Positions 39,496 through 48,482 of a stretch of 64,000 bases of DNA are shown here, piece after piece. The notes beneath the pieces are model-generated. The model was given only the letters and a program-made list of their open reading frames with translations, searched no databases and had not been told where the DNA came from. Both the position numbers and the translations under genes were made by a program. Source of the DNA: an uncultured Collinsella sp. (GTDB lineage: Bacteria > Actinomycetota > Coriobacteriia > Coriobacteriales > Coriobacteriaceae); assembly GCA_958420165.1 (NCBI GenBank), contig CATZIU010000004.1, forward strand, positions 6,591 to 70,590, given 5' to 3'. Numbering within the stretch: the stretch's first letter is position 1; each line of letters begins with the position of its first letter.

Positions 39496-40853
39496 GCGTG
39501 CGCACGTGGTGCAAGCGCATGACGGAGCGGTTTCACGCCGCCTCGAGTAGTACGGGGCGGGCAAATTCTGTTGACGCATTGGGCCGCCGCCTGCGTCGCA
39601 AGTTCATCCTCGTTGCCATGGGCGCCGTGACCGTGGTGCTCACGCTCATCATCACCGGCATCAACATCGTCAATTATTCGCATGTCTGCAAGATGGCCGA
39701 CGCTCGCCTGGACTATATCCTGGCGGGCAAGGACGGTATCGATTGGGGGGACGAGCCAAAAGACGATCCCGCTAATGGCAAGGATGCCGGCGATAGCCAA
39801 GTGGGCGTTCGCATCAGGCACTTCGAAGGTATGACGGCGGAGTCTCCCTTCGACACGCGCTACTTTACGGTGTCGATCGCCGGTGGGCAGGTGACCGATG
39901 TCAACACGGCCCGCATTGCCGCGGTGGGCGCCAAGCGTGCTGCACGCATCGCGGCAGGACTATATTCCAAGGGTTGGACCTCGGGCTTTTCTGGTAACTA
40001 CCGCTATACGGTTACGGTTCAGGGCGACGAGACCACCTATGTGTTCGTGGACTGCTCGCGTGAGCTTGCAAGCTTTCATTCGTTTTTGAGCGCGAGCGTG
40101 GCGATCAGTTGCATTGGCTGGCTGGCAGTGCTGGCAATTGTGGCGGGTGCCTCGGGCGCGGTGATTCGACCGATGGTCGAGAGCTACAGCAAGCAAAAGC
40201 GCTTTATTACCGATGCGAGCCACGAGATCAAGACGCCGCTGGCCGTAATCGATGCTGCTAACGAGGTACAAGAAATCGAGAGCGGCGAGAGCGAGTGGAC
40301 GCAGAGCATTCACGAGCAGGTTGCGCGGTTGACGGCACTTACGGAGCGTCTGGTGTTTTTGGCACGTATGGACGAGGGTTCGGCCGGCTTTACCATGACA
40401 TCGATCGATCTTTCAGAGGCCGTGGATAAGGCTACGGCACCGTTTGAATCGGTGGCGGTTTCGCGCGGCAAGCGTCTGTCGACGTCGATTGCGAGTGGCG
40501 TGCGGGCCCATGCCGATGCCGCGGCAGTGGCGCAGGTTGTTGAGCTGCTGCTGGACAATGCCACACGCTACGCAAGCGAGGACAGCGTGATTGAGCTGAG
40601 CCTGCGTGCCGTTTCGCGCGGTCAGGGTAAAGGTGCCGCCGAGCTTGTCGTATCGAACGCCGTGGACGAGCTGCCCGAAGGCGACCTGGACCGATTGTTC
40701 GACCGCTTCTATCGTGCAGACGTATCGCGCAGCTCCAAGACGGGCGGCTCGGGCGTGGGCCTATCCGTGGTACGAGCCATCGCCGAAGCCCATGGCGGGA
40801 GCGCTTCTGCCTGCGGCCACGGCAACCAGATTACCTTCACCGTCCGCCTCTAA
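39492..40853 (+). CDS. Sensor histidine kinase
   Basis: Two TMs; H-box ASHEIKTPL, LLDNA, FDRFYR and GSGVGL motifs. GTG start overlaps the RR stop. Confidence 0.9.
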   Translation: MSVRTWCKRMTERFHAASSSTGRANSVDALGRRLRRKFILVAMGAVTVVLTLIITGINIVNYSHVCKMADARLDYILAGKDGIDWGDEPKDDPANGKDAGDSQVGVRIRHFEGMTAESPFDTRYFTVSIAGGQVTDVNTARIAAVGAKRAARIAAGLYSKGWTSGFSGNYRYTVTVQGDETTYVFVDCSRELASFHSFLSASVAISCIGWLAVLAIVAGASGAVIRPMVESYSKQKRFITDASHEIKTPLAVIDAANEVQEIESGESEWTQSIHEQVARLTALTERLVFLARMDEGSAGFTMTSIDLSEAVDKATAPFESVAVSRGKRLSTSIASGVRAHADAAAVAQVVELLLDNATRYASEDSVIELSLRAVSRGQGKGAAELVVSNAVDELPEGDLDRLFDRFYRADVSRSSKTGGSGVGLSVVRAIAEAHGGSASACGHGNQITFTVRL

Positions 40854-40889
40854 AACCTACCAAAATAAACCTGTCCCTTTTTGGTCGGT
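40853..40889 (-). repeat. REP-like palindrome, family 3 (reverse orientation)
   Basis: AAACCTACCAAAA-TAAACCTGTCCCT-TTTTGGTCGGT. Confidence 0.7.
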
Positions 40890-40938
40890 GCGAAATGGGT
40901 AATACTAAGGAGTTATCCGACCAGATGGGAATTAATCG

Positions 40939-41640
40939 ATGGCTTATATCGAATTCAAAGACGTCATCAAGGCGTACGGCGAGGGCGATGCCCGCATTCA
41001 CGCGCTCGACGGCGCGAGCTTTACCGTTGAGCGCGGTGAGCTCGCCATTATCCTGGGCGCCTCGGGTGCCGGCAAGACCACGGCGCTCAACATCCTGGGC
41101 GGCATGGATACGGTAACCTCCGGCACCGTGACGGTGGACGGGCGCGACGTGAGCTCCGCCAACGAGGCGCAGCTCGTGGAATACCGCCGTGCCGACGTCG
41201 GCTTTGTCTTCCAGTTCTACAATCTGGTCCCCAACCTGACGGCGCTCGAAAATGTCGAGCTTGCGGCGCAGATTTGCCCCGATTCGCTCGATGCCGAACA
41301 GACGCTTCGCCAGGTTGGCCTGGGCGGGCGCCTCGCCAACTTTCCGGCGCAGCTTTCGGGCGGCGAGCAGCAGCGCGTGTCCATTGCACGCGCACTGGCC
41401 AAGAATCCCAAGCTGCTCCTGTGCGACGAGCCCACGGGTGCACTCGACTACAAAACCGGTAAGCAGATTTTGCAGCTGTTGCAGGATACCTGCCGCAAGC
41501 AGGGCATTACGGTCATCATCATCACGCACAACTCCGCGCTCGCGCCCATGGCCGATCGTCTGATCCGCTTTAAGAGTGGTCGCGTGGAGAGCGAGACAGT
41601 TCAACAAAATCCCGTGCCTATCGAGACGATCGAGTGGTAG
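40939..41640 (+). CDS. ABC transporter ATP-binding protein (MacB/LolD type)
   Basis: [17 protein letters not shown] and CDEPTGALD motifs. Confidence 0.93.
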   Translation: MAYIEFKDVIKAYGEGDARIHALDGASFTVERGELAIILGASGAGKTTALNILGGMDTVTSGTVTVDGRDVSSANEAQLVEYRRADVGFVFQFYNLVPNLTALENVELAAQICPDSLDAEQTLRQVGLGGRLANFPAQLSGGEQQRVSIARALAKNPKLLLCDEPTGALDYKTGKQILQLLQDTCRKQGITVIIITHNSALAPMADRLIRFKSGRVESETVQQNPVPIETIEW

Positions 41641-44411
41641 CGCCCATGGACCAAGATCGCCAAAACAGCCAGCGCCGCGACGCGCAGAACGCGGAGTGCG
41701 AGCAGGATTTTACGACCTACCGCACTGCTCAAAGCTCAAACGATATGGTCCCGACGGTTTTTCGCCGTGGCATCTACCGCACAATCCGAGGCAGTCTTAA
41801 GCGCTTCTTGTCAATTGTGGTCATCACCGCGCTTGGCGTGAGCGTGATGTGCGGCCTTAAGGCGGGCTGCGAGGATCTGCGCGATTCGGTTGACGCCTAC
41901 TTTGACCAGCAGAGTGTCTATGACATTAACGTGCAGTCGACCTATGGCCTTACACGCGACGATCTTGCGGCTATCCAAGAGGTCGACGGCGTCGAGACGG
42001 CCGAGGGCATCTACACCGAGACCGCCTACACCGCCGTGGGCACAACGCGCGAGCGCGTGGTCGTACAGAGCCTTTCCAAGGAGAATATCGATCAGCCGGT
42101 GCTGGTGAGCGGCGATTTGCCCGAGAGTGCCGGTGAGGTTGCGGTGACATCGAAGTTTCTGAAGGCTTCGGGCAAAAAGCTCGGCGATACCGTGAGCTTT
42201 GCCGCCAATGACGCTAGCTCGTCGAACCAAAGCGCCAAGGACCAGTTTGCCGCGGGCGATTACACCATTACGGCCGAGGTCCTCGATCCCACCGATGTGA
42301 GCTCCGACTCGACCGTCAACGACTTTCGCGCTGCTTCGGCTGCGGACTATAAGTTCTATGTGAGCGAGGATGCCGCGACATCTTCCTCCTACTCCGCCGT
42401 CCGCGTGATCGTCGAGGGAGCCAAGAGCCTCAACTCCTATTCCGATGCCTACACGGCAAAGATCAACGAGGTCAAGAGCAATATCGAGGAGATCCGCGAT
42501 GAGCGCGAGAAGGCACGTGTTCAGGAACTGACGGTCGACACGCCGGCAAGCTTGGATGCGGCCGAGCGCCAGACGAATATGCTCTTTGGGATAGAGCAGG
42601 ACAACATCAATCGCATGGCCGAGGGCAGCGAGGAGCGCGTTCAGGCACAGGCCGATTTGAACCAGCGCCGCGCAGTCGCCGACCAGCAATTTGCCGATGC
42701 CCGTACCGAGCTTTCCGATCTGGGCGAATGCACTTGGTACATCCAGGACCGCGATAGCATCACAAGCTACTCGAGCGTGGAGAGCGACAGCTCTTCGATC
42801 GAAGCCATCGCCACGGTTTTCCCATTCATCTTCTTTGTCGTCGCCGTGCTCATCAGCCTCACCACCGCCACGCGCATGGTCGAGGAGGAGCGCACGCTCA
42901 TTGGTCTGTACAAGGCGCTCGGCTATTCACGCGGGCGTATCCTGTCCAAATACGTGAACTATTCACTGTGGGCTTGTCTGATCGGCGGCGTGCTTGGCAA
43001 CATTGTCGGATTTGTGGGCCTACCACTGTTCCTGTTCACGGTGTTCGACGACATGTACTCACTGCCCCAGATGCTGCTTTCGTACGACATCGTGTCCTCA
43101 ATCGTCTCGGTGGCGCTGTTTGCCGTGGGCGTGGTGGGCGCCACGATTATCGCCTGCCGCCACGAGATGGCCGAGACCCCAGCCTCGCTCATGCGTCCCA
43201 AGGCCCCGCGTGCCGGCTCGCGCATTTTGCTTGAGCGCATCGGCTTTATCTGGCACCGTATGGGCTTTTTGAACAAGGTGGCGGCGCGTAACCTGTTCCG
43301 CTACAAAAAGCGTGCCCTTATGACCATCTTTGGTATCGCCGGCTGCACGGCGCTCGTGATCTGCGCTCTGGGCATCCGCGATACGTCGATAGCGCTTTCG
43401 CCCAAACAGTACGGGCATATCACGCGCTACGACTTGCTGGCGGTCGCCAATCCCGACGACTTTACGCAGACGTGCGCGGCGCTCGACGAGCGAAGCGCGG
43501 TCAAGGATTCCGGTGTGACCGTGACTTCGACGCTGCCGATTACGACCGATAACGTCACCTTTACATTTGACGGCAAAAGCGAGACAGTGCTGTTAATCGT
43601 GGTGCCCGATGACCGCGTGAACGATCTGGACGACTACGTGCGCCTTGAGGACGAGTCCAAAGAGTCGCTGTCTTTGCGTGACGGAGATGTGTATCTGAGC
43701 AAGAGTTCACAGCTGGCGCTGGGGATTCAGCCGGGTGATACGGCGCACGTCCAGGATTCGTCGCTCAATGCTGCCAAGGTCAAAGTCAGCGACATTTCGC
43801 TCAACTATCTTGGCAACACACTCTATATGACGCAGGGCACCTATGAGCGCGCGTTCGGTCGAAGCGCGCGCCTTAACGGTGTCCTTGCGTTGCTGAAGGG
43901 CTCGTCGGCCGACCAGATTGCGTTTAGCAAGAAGATTAAGAGTGACGGCTGGCTTACGATTTCGAGTACGGCCGAGCATCAGGCGAACGCTGATGCGAAC
44001 TTTACGATTATCAATTCGGTCGTGGCGCTCGTGACCTTTATGGCGGCGTGCCTGTCGTTTGTGGTTGTGTTTACACTGTCCAACACGAATATCTCCGAGC
44101 GCGAGCGCGAGCTGGCGACCATTAAGGTGCTGGGCTTCCGCCGTGGCGAGGTGCACCACTACGTCAACAAGGAGACGTTAATCCTCACGGCAATTGGCGC
44201 CGCGCTGGGCGTGCCGCTGGGTAGCCTGCTGGCCGAGAGCTTTACGTACATTCTGCAGATGCCGTCGCTCTACTTTGACGTTGAGGTCCAGCCGCTGAGT
44301 TATGTGCTCGCCGTAGTGCTTTCCTTTGTCTTTACGTTTATCGTCAACCTCACTACCAATCGCACCCTCAATAGGATCGACATGGTCGGCGCCCTCAAGA
44401 GCGCCGAGTAA
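41634..44411 (+). CDS. FtsX-like ABC permease (duplicated domain)
   Basis: RMVEEERTLIGLYKALG, LMRPKAP and ERERELATIKVLG motifs; start uncertain. Confidence 0.88.
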   Translation: MVAPMDQDRQNSQRRDAQNAECEQDFTTYRTAQSSNDMVPTVFRRGIYRTIRGSLKRFLSIVVITALGVSVMCGLKAGCEDLRDSVDAYFDQQSVYDINVQSTYGLTRDDLAAIQEVDGVETAEGIYTETAYTAVGTTRERVVVQSLSKENIDQPVLVSGDLPESAGEVAVTSKFLKASGKKLGDTVSFAANDASSSNQSAKDQFAAGDYTITAEVLDPTDVSSDSTVNDFRAASAADYKFYVSEDAATSSSYSAVRVIVEGAKSLNSYSDAYTAKINEVKSNIEEIRDEREKARVQELTVDTPASLDAAERQTNMLFGIEQDNINRMAEGSEERVQAQADLNQRRAVADQQFADARTELSDLGECTWYIQDRDSITSYSSVESDSSSIEAIATVFPFIFFVVAVLISLTTATRMVEEERTLIGLYKALGYSRGRILSKYVNYSLWACLIGGVLGNIVGFVGLPLFLFTVFDDMYSLPQMLLSYDIVSSIVSVALFAVGVVGATIIACRHEMAETPASLMRPKAPRAGSRILLERIGFIWHRMGFLNKVAARNLFRYKKRALMTIFGIAGCTALVICALGIRDTSIALSPKQYGHITRYDLLAVANPDDFTQTCAALDERSAVKDSGVTVTSTLPITTDNVTFTFDGKSETVLLIVVPDDRVNDLDDYVRLEDESKESLSLRDGDVYLSKSSQLALGIQPGDTAHVQDSSLNAAKVKVSDISLNYLGNTLYMTQGTYERAFGRSARLNGVLALLKGSSADQIAFSKKIKSDGWLTISSTAEHQANADANFTIINSVVALVTFMAACLSFVVVFTLSNTNISERERELATIKVLGFRRGEVHHYVNKETLILTAIGAALGVPLGSLLAESFTYILQMPSLYFDVEVQPLSYVLAVVLSFVFTFIVNLTTNRTLNRIDMVGALKSAE

Positions 44412-44451
44412 CCTGTCCTGGGATTCAAGTTCTAGTGAGCTGCCGACGCGC

Positions 44452-44771
44452 CCACAGCAGTATTTTTGCATAAACTGCCCCGCCAAATGCATACTTTGAC
44501 GGGGCGATTGCTTTTTGCCCACAGGTACCCCAGGGGGCGCCGTGCAAATTCCGGAGTATTCAGCATCCCGGAGCCCGCGGGTACGGGAACGGGTGCACAA
44601 AACCGCGCTGAATGCCCTGGTCCTGTACCCCCAATGCCTCAAGAGCTGGTCATTTTTTACAGAACGCGGCCTATGGTGCCTGCCTTTCGCCCAAAATCCA
44701 GTATGCAGGCACTCTCGGCTGCTGAATACTCCCAAAAATGCACGCCGCATTCTACCCTAGGCACCTGTAGC
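44452..44771 (+). repeat. ~320-bp direct repeat, copy 1 (MITE-like core 44521-44768)
   Basis: Colinear with 46762-47081 at offset 2310. Internal IR GGAGTATTCAGCA / TGCTGAATACTCC with ACAGGT/ACCTGT ends. Confidence 0.9.
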
Positions 44772-44800
44772 TACTCTGCGGGTGCGTGGCCTGATAGTAA

Positions 44801-44865
44801 GTTGCGGTGGAATAGTTCCTGTTTTATGGCTCTGCTATGCCAAACAGGAACTATTCCACCGCAAC
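44801..44865. repeat. ~65-bp palindrome, family 4 copy 2
   Basis: GTTGCGGTGGAATAGTTCCTGTTT...AAACAGGAACTATTCCACCGCAAC. Confidence 0.85.
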
Positions 44866-45050
44866 ATATTGAGAGGGCTCTTGGCTGTTATGCGTACTGA
44901 CATTTGTCATGAAATGGCAGGCCATTAGGGGTTGCTACTCGTAGTTGCGGTAGGGTTGGGGCAGATTCTAACTAGAAATGGTGGTCGCTACCGGTTGTTC
45001 TCGGCATACTCGGCTCATTCGATTACGGTCGCCACATGAAAGGAACTATC

Positions 45051-45971
45051 ATGGATCTTGCGATGGCACAGCGTCTCGTCGATCGCCGCAAAGCTGCCGG
45101 TCTTTCCCAAGAGGCGCTTGCTGCTCAGCTTGGCGTAAGTCGCCAGGCTGTCAGCAAATGGGAACGCAGCGAATCCTCACCCGATACCGATAACCTTATT
45201 GCGCTCGCCGCGCTGTATGGCGTGTCACTGGATGAGTTGCTATATGGGGAAGCGGCTAGCGATGTCGACACCTCGGCCGACGATGACGTTGACGCCAATA
45301 ATTCAGGCGAGTCTGAAGGCGCCGAGCCTTCTACCGAGCACGTGGATTCTGACGGCAAGCCACTTGTCGATATTTCTCTCGCGCATGGTATCCACGTTAT
45401 TGATCCCGAGAAGGGCGAAGAGGTCCATGTTGGCTGGAATGGTATCCACGTGGCTAACGAGCGCAAGGGTGAAGAGGTCCATGTCGGGCCGGGCGGATTG
45501 CATATCGATACGCTAGAGGACGATGGACACAGCGTACATACCAATGCCGACGGCACCGTTACCATCGACGGCGAGACCTTTTCGAGCTGGAAAGAGGCAC
45601 ACGACAAGCTCGACCATCATGGCAAGCATTTCCACACTAAGCTCGGTCGCGCATGGAACAAGTTTCCCTTTCCTGCACTTGTCGTCCTCGCCTATCTCGC
45701 GCTCGGCATCGTCTGCGGCACGTGGGGCATGGGGCTCTTTCTGGTCTTTCTGATTCCCGTCTACTATGCGATGGGCGACTTCATCGACCGACGTCATCTA
45801 TCCAAGCTAATCCGCAGCGTCTATCCAACAGCCGCCATTGCCTGGTTCCTCTATATGTGGCTTTGCTTGGCGCAGCCCCATCCCGCATGGGTCATCCTCA
45901 TCACCATCCCAGTTGTAAAAGCACTCATGCGCTGGTGCCGAAAGCAATGGAAACGCCGCAAACAAGCCTAA
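45051..45971 (+). CDS. XRE-family HTH protein with C-terminal membrane domain
   Basis: LSQEALAAQLGVSRQAVSKWE HTH, acidic linker, repeated GEEVHVGxxGIH(V/I), about four TMs. Confidence 0.85.
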   Translation: MDLAMAQRLVDRRKAAGLSQEALAAQLGVSRQAVSKWERSESSPDTDNLIALAALYGVSLDELLYGEAASDVDTSADDDVDANNSGESEGAEPSTEHVDSDGKPLVDISLAHGIHVIDPEKGEEVHVGWNGIHVANERKGEEVHVGPGGLHIDTLEDDGHSVHTNADGTVTIDGETFSSWKEAHDKLDHHGKHFHTKLGRAWNKFPFPALVVLAYLALGIVCGTWGMGLFLVFLIPVYYAMGDFIDRRHLSKLIRSVYPTAAIAWFLYMWLCLAQPHPAWVILITIPVVKALMRWCRKQWKRRKQA

Positions 45972-46021
45972 GCCGTTCCAACCCGTCAGCAATGCTTGGC
46001 CAACGCCGCTCGCCCCTTCCA

Positions 46022-46087
46022 AGTTGCGGTGAAATACGGACTGTTGAGGACCTTGGAGCGTCTAACAGTCCCTATTTCACCGCAACT
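46022..46087. repeat. ~65-bp palindrome, family 4 copy 3
   Basis: AGTTGCGGTGAAATA...TATTTCACCGCAACT. Confidence 0.8.
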
Positions 46088-46418
46088 CACGAATGGGGCG
46101 GACAATTCCAGCACGGGAACTGGCATTTAACTCACTGCATGCCAAGAAAAGGCCGATTTACTACGATGAACTCGATGAGGCCGACCACACCCATCTTTTT
46201 CAAAAATCGGCAAGCTTTCTACCTGCGGTTTTACTTTCACCCTTTTCGGCATGGTCGAAGGCATTCGAATCATCGTAGTAATTAGGCGCATTTTGTAGCA
46301 AACGGTTCATTCAAGCTCGAACTCGAAGACCGATGGTCCCCTCATCCACGGCTGCGAGCGAAAATACCAAATAGAATAAAAATCGAATGGCTAAGTTTGT
46401 TTGGCGAACGGAGGCAAT

Positions 46419-46748
46419 ATGGGTGAGGTAACTGAAAGCGACTGGAAGCTGTTTAAGGAGCTGCTCCCAAAATGGCAAGAAAGCTATATGGAAATGCTCA
46501 TTGGCCAGTACATCGAGATACTGAACGGTGACAGCGAAGCGTCCAGTAGATTTTGGGCGCTAGAAGAGCGCGTCAATAGGGACAAGCTGTCCTCAGGAGT
46601 GCTCGTAAACGGTATTCGCCGTAGCACCATGCGTTATGAGATAGCCAACTTGCTTTCCGATAACGTGATCACGTTCGACGACCTTGACGGTTTCACCGAA
46701 GACATTAAGGGCTACGCACGACGTTGCATCGGTCGGCAAGAACGCTGA
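46419..46748 (+). CDS. Small hypothetical protein
   Basis: GGAGG RBS; ESDWKLFKELLPKWQESYME...RFWALE; function unknown. Confidence 0.7.
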   Translation: MGEVTESDWKLFKELLPKWQESYMEMLIGQYIEILNGDSEASSRFWALEERVNRDKLSSGVLVNGIRRSTMRYEIANLLSDNVITFDDLDGFTEDIKGYARRCIGRQER

Positions 46749-46761
46749 GCGACATGCGCAT

Positions 46762-47081
46762 CCACAGCCTCTGTACTGCATAAACCGCACTGAAAAATGC
46801 ATATTTCGGCGGGGCGATTGCTTTTTGCCCACAGGTACCCCCGGGGGCGGCGTGCAAATTCCGGAGTATTCAGCATCCCGGAGTCAGCAGGTGCGGGAAC
46901 GGGTGCACAAAACCGCGCTGAATGCCCTGGTCCTGGACCCCCAATGCCTCAAGAGCTGGTCATTTTTTACAGAACGCGGCCTATGGTGCCTGCCTTTCGC
47001 CCAAAATCCAGTATGCAGGCACCCTCGGCTGCTGAATACTCCCAAAAATGCACGCCGCATCCTACCCCAGGCACCCGCAGC
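46762..47081 (+). repeat. ~320-bp direct repeat, copy 2
   Basis: Near-identical to 44452-44771 over the central and 3' part. Confidence 0.9.
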
Positions 47082-47118
47082 AAGAAGACGAATAGCCTCG
47101 ACCTCCCTAGTTACCGCA

Positions 47119-47239
47119 GGAGGCCCCAGGGCTTACCTCCCAAATCTTTCCGCAGGACGGAAGGACCCCGCCGCGCGAAGCGCGCAGCGGGGTCCTGACA
47201 TGTCCGAGGACGATTTGGGAGGTAAGCCCTGGGGCCTCC
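47119..47239 (-). repeat. Covarying long-hairpin element, family 1 copy E
   Basis: Minus strand: 27-bp outer stem enclosing CGTCCTC-GGAC-AT...GCGC-TTC-GCGC...GTCC-TGCGGA. Confidence 0.9.
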
Positions 47240-47262
47240 GATGAGAGCAGTTTCGGCCGAGG

Positions 47263-48342
47263 CTATTCGTCGCCGAAGCTGATGCCCAACGCCTTGGCCT
47301 CGCGCACCAGATCGCTCTGTGGGTCGACATACTTGAGCTTGCCGGCGACCTCCTCGAGCGGCATGTGGCACATCTTGCCGTCACGCAAGGCAATCATGTA
47401 GCCAAACTCGCCGCGCAGGCAGCCAAGCGCGGCCTCGACGCCGCACTGGGTCGCAAAGATGCGGTCCTGAGCATCGGGCTGGCCGCCGCGCTGCGTGTGG
47501 CCGGGGATGGCGACGCGGGTCTCGCGACCGGTCTTGGCCTCGATCTCCTTGGCGATGTCGTAGACGATCGACGGGCTCGTGCGCTCGGCGAGCTTCTTCT
47601 TGTACTCCTTCTTGGACAGCGCCGCGTCCTCCTTGGAGATAGCGCCCTCGGCGACGGCCACGATGGTAAAGCGGCTGCCGGTCTCCATGCGATGCTCGAT
47701 GGTCTTGATGACCTGGTCCATGTCGTAGGGAATCTCGGGAATCAGGATGACGTCCGCACCGCCCGCGACGCCGGCATACAGCGGGATCCAGCCAACCTTG
47801 TGGCCCATGATCTCGATGACGAACACACGCCCATGACTTGAGGCGGTGGTGTGGATGTCGTCGATGCACTTGGTGGCGACGTCGATAGCGCTCGTAAAGC
47901 CAAACGTCATCTCGGTGCCCCAGGTGTCGTTATCGATGGTCTTGGGCAGGGCAATAACGTTGAGGCCCTCTTCGCGCAAGCGGTTGGCAGTCTTGGTGGA
48001 GCCGTTACCGCCCAGCATAAACAGGCAGTCGAGCTGCAACTTGTGATAGGTGTGGACCATCGCGGGCACCTTCTCGACGCCGTCGGCCTCGGGAATGTTC
48101 AGGCGCTTGAACGGCGTGCGGCTCGTGCCCAGGATGGTGCCGCCGCGGGTGAGGATGCCGCTAAAATCGGCGGGCGTCATGACGCGGAACCTGCTGTAGA
48201 TAAGGCCCTGGTAGCCGTCCTCAAAACCATAGATCTCGATAGGCTCTTCGCTATTGGTCATAAGCGTTTTGACGATGCCGCGCATGGTGGCGTTGAGCGC
48301 CTGGCAGTCGCCGCCACTAGTAAGAAGACCGATTCTAAGCAT
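47263..48342 (-). CDS. pfkA: 6-phosphofructokinase
   Basis: LTSGGD, GGTILGTSR, GGNGS, PKTIDND, EIMG and GHTQRGG motifs. Confidence 0.93.
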   Translation of the reverse strand: MLRIGLLTSGGDCQALNATMRGIVKTLMTNSEEPIEIYGFEDGYQGLIYSRFRVMTPADFSGILTRGGTILGTSRTPFKRLNIPEADGVEKVPAMVHTYHKLQLDCLFMLGGNGSTKTANRLREEGLNVIALPKTIDNDTWGTEMTFGFTSAIDVATKCIDDIHTTASSHGRVFVIEIMGHKVGWIPLYAGVAGGADVILIPEIPYDMDQVIKTIEHRMETGSRFTIVAVAEGAISKEDAALSKKEYKKKLAERTSPSIVYDIAKEIEAKTGRETRVAIPGHTQRGGQPDAQDRIFATQCGVEAALGCLRGEFGYMIALRDGKMCHMPLEEVAGKLKYVDPQSDLVREAKALGISFGDE

Positions 48343-48482
48343 GGTGAATCCTTCCGGGCAAGTTATAACATGCGCATAAGTTTACCCCCGCACACTGTTG
48401 ATGCGGGGGTAAAACGTGTTAGCTCAAATGTATAGAAATGTAAGCAACGTCAGGCGAGCGTAAGGACGACGGTGCCAGCTCC

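Noticed and set aside
4995..47239. Family-1 hairpins as ordinary rho-independent terminators or a CRISPR array
   Set aside because: They are too long, have no U-tracts and keep invariant internal loops. They are dispersed, with no repeat-spacer period and no cas genes.
44466..47244. ORFs within the 320-bp repeats (44466..44900, 44515..44760, 46684..47244, 46797..47198)
   Set aside because: No transposase or other motif, and starts and stops are inconsistent between the two copies.
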